Assembly (NCBI GenBank): GCA_049840735.1
Contig: JASGJN010000013.1
Coordinates: forward strand, 761,897 to 825,896
DNA length: 64,000 bases
Origin: Anaeromyxobacter sp.
Lineage (GTDB): Bacteria > Myxococcota > Myxococcia > Myxococcales > Anaeromyxobacteraceae
Direction: 5' to 3'
Position numbers and translations under genes: made by a program
The notes under the pieces: model-generated
What the model saw: the letters and a program-made list of their open reading frames with translations, nothing else
What the model was told of the DNA's origin: nothing
Databases searched by the model: none
Shown here: positions 35,846-50,916 of the stretch, piece by piece
Numbering within the stretch: position 1 is the first letter of the stretch
Layout: every line of letters begins with the position of its first letter

Positions 35846-38800
35846 ATGCGCCTTCGCCCCCATCACCTGTCCATCGCGCTGCTCACGCTGGTCGTCCTCG
35901 CCTCGCTGCCGCTCCGCTCGGACGGCGCCGGCGAGTGCTGCAACGTCACCACCTCCACCGCCAGCATGGTCAACAACCCGACCGCCGGCGACGAGGTGTT
36001 CTTCAAGCTGCCCAACGGCCCCACCAACATCATGTTCCTGCTGGACACGTCGGGGTCCATGGACAACTTCGTCCAGTGCACCGACGACAACGGCTGGGGG
36101 GACCTCAGCAACGGCTCCAAGTGTTCCTGGCCCACCAGCGCCGAGCTGGCCACGCCCAGCAACGGCGGCATGAAGGTGAACGGCACCTGCACCTTCAACG
36201 CCGCCACCAGCGCCCTGGCCTGGATGTACCTCAAGGACTCCACGACCGGCATGGCGGTGACGTCGGCCTCCGCGCCGGACCTGGTGGACCCGGGCCACGG
36301 CACGGTCAGCGTCTACGGCGCGTCCGCCCTCACCGACAGCCCGGCCTGGGGCACCGGCTGCACCGGCAACGGCTGCCTCTTCAAGAAGACCGGCTACTAC
36401 TTCGACGGCTCGTGGACCCAGACCGGCGCCACCGACTCCGGCGACTGCAACCTCAAGTCGAGCGCCACCTCGACCACGGTGGTCAGGGACCGCAACAACG
36501 TCACCGTGGGCCCGGACGCCACCGCCTGCAAGACCTGCCTCGACTCCAAGGGCTTCTACTTCTACCGGTACACCTACGAGACCCTCGATAGCCGCGGCCG
36601 CGTCGTCTACAACACCGGCCAGCGCGTGGTCTTCGCCGGGTGGTGGATGAACGCCAACCCGCCCAAGTTCATGACCGCCCGCAAGGCCATCAAGGACATC
36701 GCCTGGATGGACCCGATCGCCGACGCGAACAACCTGCCCAACATGTACCGGGCGCGCATGGGGTTGTCGCTGCTGACGCCGGACTCCAGCAGCCGGCGCA
36801 TCGTGGTGCCCCTGGGGCCGGGCAAGACCGACTCCTACCCGGTCAACGTCTCGGCCATGGTCAAGGCCCGCCAGGTGATCCTGGACGCGCTGAACCGCGT
36901 CTGGCCGACCGGCGTGACGGTGCCGGCCCTGAACAGCGGCAGCACCCCGTTGGCGCCGGCCCTGGCGCAGGTGGGCCAGTACTTCACCAACGGCGGCCGC
37001 TACACCACGCTGCTCGGCGCCAGCTACGAGCTCACGCAGTTCGTGGAGAGCACCGCCGGCATCATGAAGGCCTCCTGGGCCGGGACCACCGCCCAGTGCT
37101 CCGTCTGCTGGGGCTGCCAGAACAGCGCCGTGGTGATCCTGACCGACGGCTCGCCCAACACCGAGGGTGACACCCCCACCGCGATGCGGACCTACGCCGA
37201 GGCGGCATACGCCAACGTCTGCGGCGCCAAGGCCTCCGGCTATCCCAACTGCAGGTCCCCCTCGCTCGGCGCGGCCACCTACCTCCCGCGCGTGGCCGCC
37301 TGGCTGAAGGACACGGACCTCCGGACCGACCTGGCGGTGAGCGATCCGCAGAGCGTCACCACCAGCCTCATCGGCTTCGGCATCAAGTCCAACTTCGACG
37401 CCTCCTACCCCACGCTCTGGAAGATCCTCACCGCCACCGCGGCGCTGGGCGGCGGCAAGGCCTATGACGCCACCACGCCCAAGGACCTCTCGGACCAGCT
37501 CACCCAGGCCGTGAACGACGTGGTGGAGCGGTCCAACTCCTTCTCCGCCCCGGCCGCCAGCTCGCTCTCCACCATCCACACGGCCGCGTCCGAGGCCTTC
37601 ATCACCCGGTTCAAGCCCAACGACACGGCCGCCTGGGAAGGCCACGTCTTCCAGGGGCTGCTCTTCGACGAGTTCCTGAACGGCTGTGACCCCACCAAGA
37701 CGCCGGGCAGCCAGACCCCGGTCAAGTGCCAGGGCAAGACCGTCCAGCCCAACTTCAACGGCAACTCCGACAAGGACGGCTTCAACATCTGCTCGGACGT
37801 CTTCCTGGTGGACCAGGACTGCGACGAGGTGGTGGAGGACGTGAAGACCGGCGAGTTCCTGAAGAAGGGCGCCGTCACCAAGACCTCCGCCAACCTGATC
37901 TGGGACGCCGGCGAGGTGCTGTCGAACCCCGCCAAGACGGGCTACCGCAGCGCCGTCACCGGCGCGACCAACAGCCGGAAGATCTGGACCTACGTGAACG
38001 GCGGCAAGGTCTCGGTCGAGCCGGCCAACGCGGCCACGCTGGCCCCGTTCATGAGCCTCACCAAGGAGTACTGCGTCAACCTCTGGCCCAGCGCCAAGCT
38101 GTGCGGCGGCACCACCGGCGTGACCTGCCCCACCACCGCGACCATCACCGCCGCCCAGATGACCACCTGCGCCACGGCGGTGATCAACTACGTCCGCGGC
38201 TATGACGTGTTCGACGCCGACAACGACAACTGCGGCGGGCCGGGCGTGAAGACCGGCTGCACCGCCGGGACCGACGGCGAGGAGCGCGACCGGAAGAACG
38301 ACGGGCGGGCCGAGCCGGTCTTCTGGAAGCTGGGCGACGTGTTCCACTCGGCCCCGGTGCTGGTCAAGCCGCCGGTGGTCGAGACCACCTGCGCCACCGG
38401 CTACGACAACCAGTGCCTGGCCACGCTGTGGAGCCCGGGCGAGTTCTCGGCCAAGACCCCGCAGACGCCCATCGAGAAGTACGACGACGTCTGCAAGAAG
38501 GGGTCGGACGCCTACGAGGCCTACCGCTACGACCACCGCACCCGCGACCAGATCCTGCTGGTGGGCGCCAACGACGGCATGCTGCACGCCTTCCTGGCCG
38601 GCCAGGCGGACAAGACCTCCAAGGCCGACTCGGACTGCAACCACACCTATGACCGCGGCACCGGCGAGGAGCTCTGGGCCTTCGTCCCCCCCGACCTGCT
38701 GCCCCGGCTCAAGGACCTGCCCTCCAGCCACCAGTACATGGTGGACGGCTCGCCCATGGTCCGCGACGTGTGGGTGGACGGCATCGGCAAGAGCTCGGCC

Positions 38801-40640
38801 GACGGCAAGAAGCAGCGGGACGAGTTCCGCACCGTCGCGGTCGTCTCCGAGCGGGCCGGCGGCTCGCAGTTCACCGCCCTCGACATCACCGACCCGGCCA
38901 ACCCCACCTTCCTGTGGGAGTTCCCGCCCCCCTGCTCGGACGACCAGAAGTACAAGGGCCAGTCCTGGGCCGAGTTCGCCCCGCGTCCCGCGCCCATCGG
39001 GCCGGTGCGCATCAAGGGCGGCGGCCCCGATCCGCTCGGCCGCGGCTTCGACGAGCGCTGGGTGGTGATGATCAACGGCGGCTACGACCCGGCCATGAGC
39101 CAGGGCGCGGCGGTCTGGATGGTGGACGTGTGGACCGGCAAGGCGGTCTGGCGCTTCACCAACGACGACTTCAAGAAGAACCTCGGCTTCGGCGTCGGCA
39201 CCAGCATGTTCCCGGTGCCGGGCGCGGTGGCCCTGGCCGACGTGGGCGACACCACCCAGGCCCAGTTCGACAACGACGGGTTCTTCGACACCGCCAGCTG
39301 GGGTGACCTGGGCGGCAACCAGTTCGTGGCGCGCTTCCACGAGAATCGGCACGGTCGCCAACACCGGCCTGGTGAACAACTGGTTCGCGGCCCGCACCTT
39401 CGAGGAGCAGCGCCGCTCGGACGACCTGCAGTACGCCACCGGCCGCTCCGAGCTGTTCCAGATGGCCGAGCTCGCCTACGAGCCGACCGAGAAGGCGCTG
39501 CACGCCTACTTCGGCTCGGGCAACCGCGAGAAGATGATGCAGCAGAAGCTGGCCTGCGGCGCGGACAACCTGCTCTCCTGCTGCAAGGCGGGCTGCTCGT
39601 CCATCTCCACGACCACCACCGACGACTACGGCGCCTGCGCCCAGACCAGCGGCTTCACCTGCACCAGCGGCCAGCTCAACAACGCGGCCACCACCACCAG
39701 CTGCGGCGCCACCGCGGCCTGCGGCGCGTTCAGCTCCAAGATGACGCTGGACTTCACCTGCCCGGGCACGACCGCCGCCAGCTACAGCGGCACCGCCAGC
39801 TGCGACGCCAACGGCGTGTGCTCCACCGTGTCGGGGGTGGGTGACGTCTCGGCGGGCGACCCGGCCCAGTTCTCCACCACCTGCACCAAGGCCCGCTTCT
39901 ACGGCGTGCTGGCCTACGGCCACTACCCGGAGAAGATGTTCAAGACGCAGGACGAGGCGAAGGCGTTCGACAGCTCGCGCTACACCGACAGCGCCGGCTT
40001 CACCAGCAGCGCCTGCGCCAGCGCGCCAGGCAAGAGCTGCTCGCTGGTGGACACCACCCGGGCCAAGATGACGGTGAGCAGCGCCACCGCCACCTGCCCG
40101 AGCGGCCGCTGCTACGCCAACACCAAGGACCCGGGCTGGTTCTACGAGTACGGCACCGTCTGCCCCACCGGCAGCTGCCCGGACTACGGCACCTGCTCGC
40201 CGGAGAAGACCGGCTCTGGCGCGCTGGTGACGTTCGGCTGCGTGCTCTGGAACGGCTTCCAGCCGCTGGGTGCGCAGGGCGGCTCGGATCCGTGCTCCGG
40301 CGACACCGGCACGCCGCTCACCTACGGCTACGTGTCGGACTACATCACCGGCACGCCCATGGCGAGCTGCGGGTACACGGCGGCCTCGGACACCACCCTC
40401 TACCGCGCCCAGCAGCGCGGCGCGCTCTCTCCGCCGAGCGCCCCGCTGCTGCGCATCACCGCCGGCGCGGGCGGCGGCGTGCGGTACGGCGGCCTCCAGA
40501 TGGATCCGGGCGGCGCGCCGACCAACACCACCACCGGCGAGCGCAGCGACTTCGCCGAGATGGTCTACTGGCTGGAGGTGCCGCGCGAGCTGCACTCCTG
40601 CCGGCATGATTCGGAGACCACCTCGTCGTCCTGCAAGTGA
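35846..40640 (+). CDS. pilY1: PilY1 pilus tip adhesin, ~1600 aa, VWA + beta-propeller (frameshift 39343)
   Basis: Signal peptide, MFLLDTSGSM MIDAS motif, VILTDG, WEGHV, WDAG, KLGDVFHSAP, VGANDGMLHAF, ELWAFVP, VDGSP, ALDITDP, DNDGFFD, YFGSG, GWFY. Confidence 0.9.
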
Positions 40641-40659
40641 CGTAGGCGGAGGATCCAGG

Positions 40660-40692
40660 CGGGGCTGGCCTCCGGGCCGGCCCCGTTTGTTT
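40660..40692 (+). terminator. Rho-independent terminator after pilY1
   Basis: CGGGGCTGGCC-TCCG-GGCCGGCCCCG followed by TTTGTTT. Confidence 0.8.
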
Positions 40693-40695
40693 GTA

Positions 40696-40883
40696 CGGGG
40701 ACTGCGTCCCCGCCCCGCCGTCCTGAGCCTGTCGAAGGACGTCGGGGCCCCACCCCTGCTGCGCTGGGTCCCGCCGCGCTGCGGGCCCAGATCATCAAGA
40801 TAGAGGACTGGGCCCTTGCGCGGCACCCAGCGCCGAGGGGGCTTCGCCCCCTCCCCCGCCCACATGGCGGGGCCCCCACCCCC
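40696..40883. repeat. Composite multi-hairpin intergenic element (REP/MITE-like)
   Basis: Hairpins at 40696-40712, 40719-40741, 40761-40833, 40835-40853 and 40854-40872; GGGGCCCC(C)ACCCC occurs twice. Confidence 0.65.
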
Positions 40884-40907
40884 GAAGCGCTCCCAGGGCG
40901 GTCCCGG

Positions 40908-42284
<1,377 letters not shown>

Positions 42285-42293
42285 GGGCGGATC

Positions 42294-43877
42294 CTAACCT
42301 GGCTCGGCCCGCGCCGGCGGTCCGTCCTCGCCGGGAGGCAGCCGGACGGTGAAGCGCGCCCCGGCGCCGGAGGCCGTGTCGAGCGTGATGGCGCCGCCGT
42401 GGGCGTCCACCACCCGCTGCACGGTGGCCAGCCCCAGCCCGGTCCCGCGCGCCTTGGTGGTGTGGAAGGGGAGGAAGATCCGGTCCAGCTCCTCGCGCGC
42501 GATGCCGGGGCCGTCGTCGGCCACCTCGAAGCTGGCGCCACCCTCCGGCTCGCGCTGGCAGCGGACGACGATGCGCCCGCCCTCCCGGCCCTCAAGCGCC
42601 TCGGCGGCGTTGATGAGCAGGTTCCAGGCCACCTGCCGGAGCTGCTCGGGATCGCCGGCCACCTCCGCCGGCGCCAGGCCGCGCTCCAGGGTCACCTTCG
42701 CCGCCGCCGGGTGCTGGGAGAAGACGTCCAGCGTCTCCCCCAGGAGCGTGGCCAGGTCCACGCGGGACCGCATCACCGGCGGCGGGCGGGCGAAGCGCAG
42801 GAACTGGGTCACCAGGCCGTCCAGCCGCGAGGCCTCGCGCAGGACGATGTCCATGAGCCGGCGCTGGTCGTCGCTGGCGTCGGCCCGGAGCAGCTCGATG
42901 GAGCCGGACATGGCGCCCAGCGGGTTGCGCAGCTCGTGGGCCAGCCCGGCGGCCACCCGGCCCAGGTCGGCCAGCCGCTCGGCCCGCTGCACCGCCTCCT
43001 CCATGGCGCGCAGGTGGGTCAGGTCCTGGAAGATCACCGCCGTCCCCACCTCGTCGCCGGTCCGGTCCTGGAGCGGGAAGCTGGAGTAGCCCAGGTCCAG
43101 GCGCTCGCCCCGGGCGTTGACGTACTCCAGCTCGTCGCGGGCCACCCGCTCGGCGAACATGGGGAAGGTGCGCGCCGCGGGCTGGCCGCGGATGGCGTCC
43201 AGGCGCTGGCCGGTCAACGCCTCGCCGGCCCGGTTGAGGAAGGTGACCCGCCGCTGCGGGTCGAGGGTGAGCAGGCCGCCGTTCATCGACTGCACGATGG
43301 TCTCGTGCAGCGCGGTGATGGCCGCCAGGTCGCTCTCGCTCGCGGCCAGCCGCTCGCCGGTGCGCCGCAGCTGCTCGGACAGGTAGGCCGCCAGCACCGC
43401 GGTGGCCACGAAGGCCGCCACGTGGGCGAAGACGCGAGCCGGCTGCAAGGGGTGCTCCGTCCCCACCACCCAGAGGTAGGCGGCGATGGAGAGGACCAGC
43501 CCCACCAGCGCGCCGCGCCGGTGGAGCAGGATGGCGGCGTTGACCACCGCCAGCGAGAACATCAGGACGAAGAGGCTCTCGCTGCGGCCGGTGATGGCCA
43601 CCACCACCGCGGCCACGGCAACGTCCAGGACGATCTGCCCGTAGGCGGTGGCCACCAGCGCCACGCGCTGGCGGAGCAGCACCCCGAAGGCGATGGTGGC
43701 CGCGTAGCTGGCGATGACGATCGCGTAGATCGGCGCCAGCGCGTGCTCGGCCTGACCCTGCGTCTGCCAGCCGACCACGGCCGTGCCGCCCAGCAGCACG
43801 GTGACCGTCACCGCGCGGAAGAGCGTGAGCCACAGCAGCTTCTGGTAGAGCCCGGGGTCGCGGAGCGCGCGGGCCAT
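42294..43877 (-). CDS. pilS: Sensor histidine kinase PilS
   Basis: Multi-TM N-terminus, PAS-like region, AHELRNPL, NLLINA, PFHTTK..GTGLGL; between pilC and pilR. Confidence 0.9.
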   Translation of the reverse strand: MARALRDPGLYQKLLWLTLFRAVTVTVLLGGTAVVGWQTQGQAEHALAPIYAIVIASYAATIAFGVLLRQRVALVATAYGQIVLDVAVAAVVVAITGRSESLFVLMFSLAVVNAAILLHRRGALVGLVLSIAAYLWVVGTEHPLQPARVFAHVAAFVATAVLAAYLSEQLRRTGERLAASESDLAAITALHETIVQSMNGGLLTLDPQRRVTFLNRAGEALTGQRLDAIRGQPAARTFPMFAERVARDELEYVNARGERLDLGYSSFPLQDRTGDEVGTAVIFQDLTHLRAMEEAVQRAERLADLGRVAAGLAHELRNPLGAMSGSIELLRADASDDQRRLMDIVLREASRLDGLVTQFLRFARPPPVMRSRVDLATLLGETLDVFSQHPAAAKVTLERGLAPAEVAGDPEQLRQVAWNLLINAAEALEGREGGRIVVRCQREPEGGASFEVADDGPGIAREELDRIFLPFHTTKARGTGLGLATVQRVVDAHGGAITLDTASGAGARFTVRLPPGEDGPPARAEPG

Positions 43878-43896
43878 GGCTCCCGGGCGTCCCCGC

Positions 43897-45153
43897 CTAC
43901 TTGATGGCGCCGGCCAGGTTGAAGATGGGCAGGTACATGGCGATCATGAAGTAGCCGACCGTGCCGCCCAGGAAGACCATCATGACCGGCTCGAGCATGC
44001 TGGTCAGCGAGGCGACCGCCACGTCCACCTCGTCGTCGTAGAAGTCGGCGATCTTGGACAGCATGGTGTCCATGGCGCCGGTGGCCTCGCCGACGCCGAT
44101 CATCTGCACCACCATGGAAGGGAACACCTTGGTGTCGGCCAGCGGGCCGGCGATGTTCTTGCCCTCGGAGATCTTGGCGCGGACGTAGAGGATGGCGCGC
44201 TCGACGGTGCGGTTGCCGGACGACTTGGCCACGATCTCCAGCGCGTCCAGGATGGGCACGCCGGAGGAGATCATGGTGCCCAGCGTGCGGGTGAAGCGCG
44301 CCACCGCCACCTTGCGAATCAGCGGGCCGAACACCGGCATCTTGAGCAGGGTGTCGTGCCAGATGTCCCTGCCCTTGCCGTCCTTGGTCGCGAGCTTGAA
44401 GGCCACGCCGATGGTGATCGGCACGATGAAGTACCAGTACCAGGTGCTCCGGAAGCTGTGGGAGATGTCGACCAGGAACTGCGTGGGCGCGGGGAGCGCG
44501 CCGCCGAAGTCCTTGAACATCTTCTCGAAGGTCGGGACCACGAAGCCGATCAGGGCGCCCACCACGCCGACGGCGATCACCAGCACGATGGCCGGGTAGG
44601 TCATGGCGCCCTTGACGCGCCGCTTCAGCTTCTCGTTCTTCTCGATGTAGGCGCCGAGGCGCTGCAGGATGGTGTCGAGGATGCCGCCGATCTCGCCGGC
44701 GCGGACCAGCTGCACGAACAGCTCGTCGAAGACCTTGGGGTGCTCCGCCAGCGCGTCGGCGAAGGTCGAGCCTGCCTCCACCTTGCCCTTGATGGTGAGC
44801 AGCACCTTGCGGAAGGAGGGGTTCTCGGACTGGGTGCCGATGATCTCCAGCGCCTGCACCAGCGGGAGACCGGCGTCGATCATCACCGAGAACTGGCGGG
44901 TGAAGATCAGGATGTCCTTGGTGGTGACGCCGGAGCCGAAGGAGAGGCTGAGCTCCTTGGGCTTGCGCTTCACCCGCGTGGGCTCGATGCCCATCTGCTT
45001 GAGGCGGGCCTCGACCGAGGTGGCCTCCACGGCCTCCATCTCGCCGGACCGGACCTCGCCGGTCTTGGTCTTGCCGGACCACTTCCACACCACCGCGGTG
45101 CGCTGCTGCGCGGCGGGCTTGGTCTTGAGGTTGGCGGCTGCGGCCTGGGCCAT
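43897..45153 (-). CDS. pilC: Type IV pilus platform protein PilC
   Basis: FTRQFSVMIDAGLPL, AGEIGGILD, AMTYP, ARFTRTLGT, GEATGAMD, MYLPIF. Confidence 0.96.
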   Translation of the reverse strand: MAQAAAANLKTKPAAQQRTAVVWKWSGKTKTGEVRSGEMEAVEATSVEARLKQMGIEPTRVKRKPKELSLSFGSGVTTKDILIFTRQFSVMIDAGLPLVQALEIIGTQSENPSFRKVLLTIKGKVEAGSTFADALAEHPKVFDELFVQLVRAGEIGGILDTILQRLGAYIEKNEKLKRRVKGAMTYPAIVLVIAVGVVGALIGFVVPTFEKMFKDFGGALPAPTQFLVDISHSFRSTWYWYFIVPITIGVAFKLATKDGKGRDIWHDTLLKMPVFGPLIRKVAVARFTRTLGTMISSGVPILDALEIVAKSSGNRTVERAILYVRAKISEGKNIAGPLADTKVFPSMVVQMIGVGEATGAMDTMLSKIADFYDDEVDVAVASLTSMLEPVMMVFLGGTVGYFMIAMYLPIFNLAGAIK

Positions 45154-45245
45154 GCGGTCCTCGTCCTCTTCACGGGCGGCGTGGGGCGCCGCGGAGTGAA
45201 GCGCCCGGACATCCTACCCCAGGGGCGCCCCTCGGTCGAATCGGG

Positions 45246-46349
<1,104 letters not shown>

Positions 46350-46359
46350 GGGGTCGCCT

Positions 46360-48067
<1,708 letters not shown>

Positions 48068-48129
48068 GTGCGCTGTCCCCTTCGCGTGCGCGAGGATGGG
48101 CCGGGCGCACACGCGCCCGGAGGGCTTCG

Positions 48130-48159
48130 ACCTTAGCAGCGGCCTCGCCGGAGGGTCAA
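48130..48159 (-). promoter_or_regulatory. Putative sigma70-type promoter for pilBTC
   Basis: TTGACC-N18-TAAGGT on the minus strand upstream of pilB. Confidence 0.45.
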
Positions 48160-48247
48160 GGAAGGGGCCGGCGTAAAACCCCTGGAATCGCTGGGGAACA
48201 GGCGCGAGCTGCCTACATCCGGTGACAGCGCCCGCCGCCCGCGAGGA

Positions 48248-49228
48248 TCAGGCGGGGGCGCCGCCGGCGCGCCGCGCCGCGAGCACGGCCCTGGCCGCCT
48301 CGGCGTCGCGCGCGATCTGGGCCCGCAGCGCCTCGAGGGAGGGGAAGCGGCGCTCGTCGCGCAGGCGGGCCAGGAACGCCAGGCGGAGCGGCGCGTCGTA
48401 GAGATCCGCTCCGCCGAAGTCGAACAGGTGCGTCTCGGCCACGACCTGCCCCGTCTCCTGCACGGTGGGCTTCACGCCCACGTTGCAGACCCCGCCCAGC
48501 GGGCGCGCGCCGGCGCCGGGCGCCTCCCCCGGACGTCCGACCCACGCCTCCACGGCGTAGACCCCCTGGGCCGGGAGCAGCCCCGCGGTGGCCAGGTTGG
48601 CGGTGGCGAAGCCGAAGCCGCGCCCGCGCCCTGCCCCGCGCGCCACCACGCCGTCCACGTCGTGCGGCCGGGTCAGGAGCAGCGCGGCGGCCTCGACGTT
48701 CCCCTCCAGCAGGAACTCGCGGATCTTGGTGGAGGAGACGACCAGCCCCTCGGCGGCGACGGGCTCGACCACGTGGAGCGTGATCCCGTGGCGCTCGGCC
48801 AGCGGCCGCAGCGTGTCCACCCGCGCGCGCTCGCGGCCCGCCGTGAAGTCGTAGCCGACCACCACGTGGCGCACGCCCAGGCGGCCGGCCAGGTCCTCCC
48901 CCACGAACTCGGCGGCGCTGCGGCCGGCGTAGGCGCGGTCGAAGGGCTGCACCACGGCGGCGTCCAGCCCCAGCGCGGCCAGCAGCTCGAGCTTGCGCGG
49001 GAGCTCGGTGAGGAGGGGCGGCGCCAGCTGCGGGCGCAGCACGCGGGCCGGGTGCGGATCGAAGGTGAGCACGCCCGCCCGGCCGGCGGCGGAGGCGCCC
49101 CAGGCGCGCGCCACCTCCACCAGCCGCTGGTGGCCGAGGTGGACGCCGTCGAGGTTGCCGATGGCGACCGCTCCGCCGCGGAGCGTCCCGGCGGCGGCGG
49201 CCTCGTCGAGCGAGCGGAGGACGCGCAT
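48248..49228 (-). CDS. ribF: Bifunctional riboflavin kinase/FAD synthetase (alternative starts 49240/49264)
   Basis: IGNLDGVHLGHQ, LTFDPHP, VSSTKIR, GRGFGFATAN, GVYA, NVGVKPT, ETHLFDF, LRDERRF. Confidence 0.95.
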   Translation of the reverse strand: MRVLRSLDEAAAAGTLRGGAVAIGNLDGVHLGHQRLVEVARAWGASAAGRAGVLTFDPHPARVLRPQLAPPLLTELPRKLELLAALGLDAAVVQPFDRAYAGRSAAEFVGEDLAGRLGVRHVVVGYDFTAGRERARVDTLRPLAERHGITLHVVEPVAAEGLVVSSTKIREFLLEGNVEAAALLLTRPHDVDGVVARGAGRGRGFGFATANLATAGLLPAQGVYAVEAWVGRPGEAPGAGARPLGGVCNVGVKPTVQETGQVVAETHLFDFGGADLYDAPLRLAFLARLRDERRFPSLEALRAQIARDAEAARAVLAARRAGGAPA

Positions 49229-49268
49229 GCGGGCATCCATAGGCCGCGCCGGCGCCTGCGTCAAACCC

Positions 49269-49667
49269 CTACAGATACCGCTTCGTGAACGCCTGCGGCA
49301 GCAGCGCTCCCAGCGTGGTCTCGTGCTTCGCGCCCCGGGCGCCGACCAGCAGCACCGGCAGGTCCGGGCCGCCGAACTCGGCCAGGGTCTGCAGGCACAT
49401 CCCGCAGGGCGGGGTGGGCGGCGCGGTCCCGCTGGCCACCACCACCGCCTCCAGCCGGCGCGCCCCGGCCGCCACGGCGGCGGCCACGGCCGACCGCTCG
49501 GCGCAGACGGTCAGGCCGTAGGAGGCGTTCTCCACGTTGCACCCGGCGTGAACGGCGCCGCCGGCGCGCACCGCGGCGCCCACCTGGAAGTCCGAGTACG
49601 GGGCGTAGGCCCGGCGGCGGACGGCCCGGGCGGCCCGGACGAGCGCGGCGGCGTCGCGGACGCTCAT
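49269..49667 (-). CDS. cdd: Cytidine deaminase
   Basis: AYAPYSDFQVGAA, GCNVENASYGLTVCAERSA, PCGMC, LLPQAF. Confidence 0.95.
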   Translation of the reverse strand: MSVRDAAALVRAARAVRRRAYAPYSDFQVGAAVRAGGAVHAGCNVENASYGLTVCAERSAVAAAVAAGARRLEAVVVASGTAPPTPPCGMCLQTLAEFGGPDLPVLLVGARGAKHETTLGALLPQAFTKRYL

Positions 49668-50017
49668 CGCTGCAGGAACCGGGCGATGGCCAGCTCGGCC
49701 TCGAGCGGGATGTCCACGAAGCGCAGGTGGGCGCCGAACCGCTCGCCCTCGCGCGTCACGCGCAGCACCTCGGCGGCGGTGCGGATCTCCTCGCGCACGC
49801 CGGGCAGCAGGAAGCGCAGCTCCAGCCGCTGGCCGGCGGGCGGGTGGTGGGCCTCGAAGTAGGCGCCGCCCAGCGCCAGGTTGCCCTGGTGCTGCTCGAA
49901 GGAGCCGCCCAGGGCGGACTCCCGGACATGGAGCGTCACCGGGACCCGGCCGCTGTCGCGACGGTCGTCCGCCCCCTCGTGCCCCTGCACCTTCGCCGTT
50001 CCGCTCCGCTCGGCCAT
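49664..50017 (-). CDS. Single-domain PilZ protein
   Basis: RRDSGRVPV (RxxxR), GNLALGGAYF, LRFLLPG, AEVLRV, GAHLRF. Confidence 0.75.
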   Translation of the reverse strand: MAERSGTAKVQGHEGADDRRDSGRVPVTLHVRESALGGSFEQHQGNLALGGAYFEAHHPPAGQRLELRFLLPGVREEIRTAAEVLRVTREGERFGAHLRFVDIPLEAELAIARFLQR

Positions 50018-50067
50018 GTCCGACCTCCTGCCCCGCGTGCGAGGCTACCAGCGCGCGCCGCGCCGCT

Positions 50068-50916
50068 TCAACGCCCCGCCTTCGGCAGGAACGCCGCCAC
50101 CAGCGCCCCAAGCCGCTCGCGGACCCGCTCGGCCACCTCCGAGACCTCCTCGTGGGAGAGCTTCCGGCGCGAGAGGCCGGCGGCCGGGTTGGTCACGACC
50201 GAGAGGCCGGCCACCGGCACGCCCATGTGCCGTGCGGCGATGACCTCGGGCACGGTGGACATGCCGACCAGGTCCGCCCCCAGGGCCCGCAGCATCCGGA
50301 TCTCGGCGGGGGTCTCGTAGGAGGGGCCGAGCAGGCAGGCGTACACCCCGGACCGGAGCGGCTGCCCCAGCTCCTGGGCGGTCTGGTCGAGCAGCGCGCC
50401 CAGGCGCGCGTCGTAGGCCTCGGAGAGGTCGGGGAAGCGCGGCCCGAGCCGGTCGTCGTTCTCGCCCACCAGCGGGTTCTGCCCGGACAGGTTGAGGTGG
50501 TCGGAGATCCTGACCAGGTCGCCGGGCGCGTAGGACGGGTGGATGCCGCCGGCGGCGTTGGTGACCAGCAGCGCCTTCACCCCCAGCGCGCAGAGGAGCC
50601 GCGCGCCGAAGGCCACCTCCTCGGCCGACCACCCCTCGTACCCGTGCACCCGCCCCTGCAGCGCCGCCACCAGGACGGGGCCGCCCTCGCCGGGCAGGGT
50701 CCCGACCGCCAGCCGGCCGGGGTGGCCGGGGACGCGCGACACCGGGAAGCCGGGGATCCGCTCGTAGGACACGACGGTGGGCTCCTGCAGCCGGTCGGCG
50801 AAGCCGAAGAGGCCGGAGCCCAGGATCACGCCCACGTCCGGCGCGCGGTCCAGCTGGCCGCGCACCCAGGCCAGCGCGTAGGAGAGCCGCGTGTGCAGGT
50901 CGGCGCGCCGGGTCAT
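50068..50916 (-). CDS. punA: Purine-nucleoside phosphorylase (trimeric PunA/XapA type)
   Basis: VILGSGL, VPGHPG, QGRVHGYEG, TNAAGG, GPSYETPAE, VGMSTVPE, HEEV. Confidence 0.92.
   Translation of the reverse strand: MTRRADLHTRLSYALAWVRGQLDRAPDVGVILGSGLFGFADRLQEPTVVSYERIPGFPVSRVPGHPGRLAVGTLPGEGGPVLVAALQGRVHGYEGWSAEEVAFGARLLCALGVKALLVTNAAGGIHPSYAPGDLVRISDHLNLSGQNPLVGENDDRLGPRFPDLSEAYDARLGALLDQTAQELGQPLRSGVYACLLGPSYETPAEIRMLRALGADLVGMSTVPEVIAARHMGVPVAGLSVVTNPAAGLSRRKLSHEEVSEVAERVRERLGALVAAFLPKAGR

Noticed and set aside
30000..40907. Phase-variable invertible pilin cassette
   Set aside because: No recombinase in the window and no matching inverted repeats at both ends.
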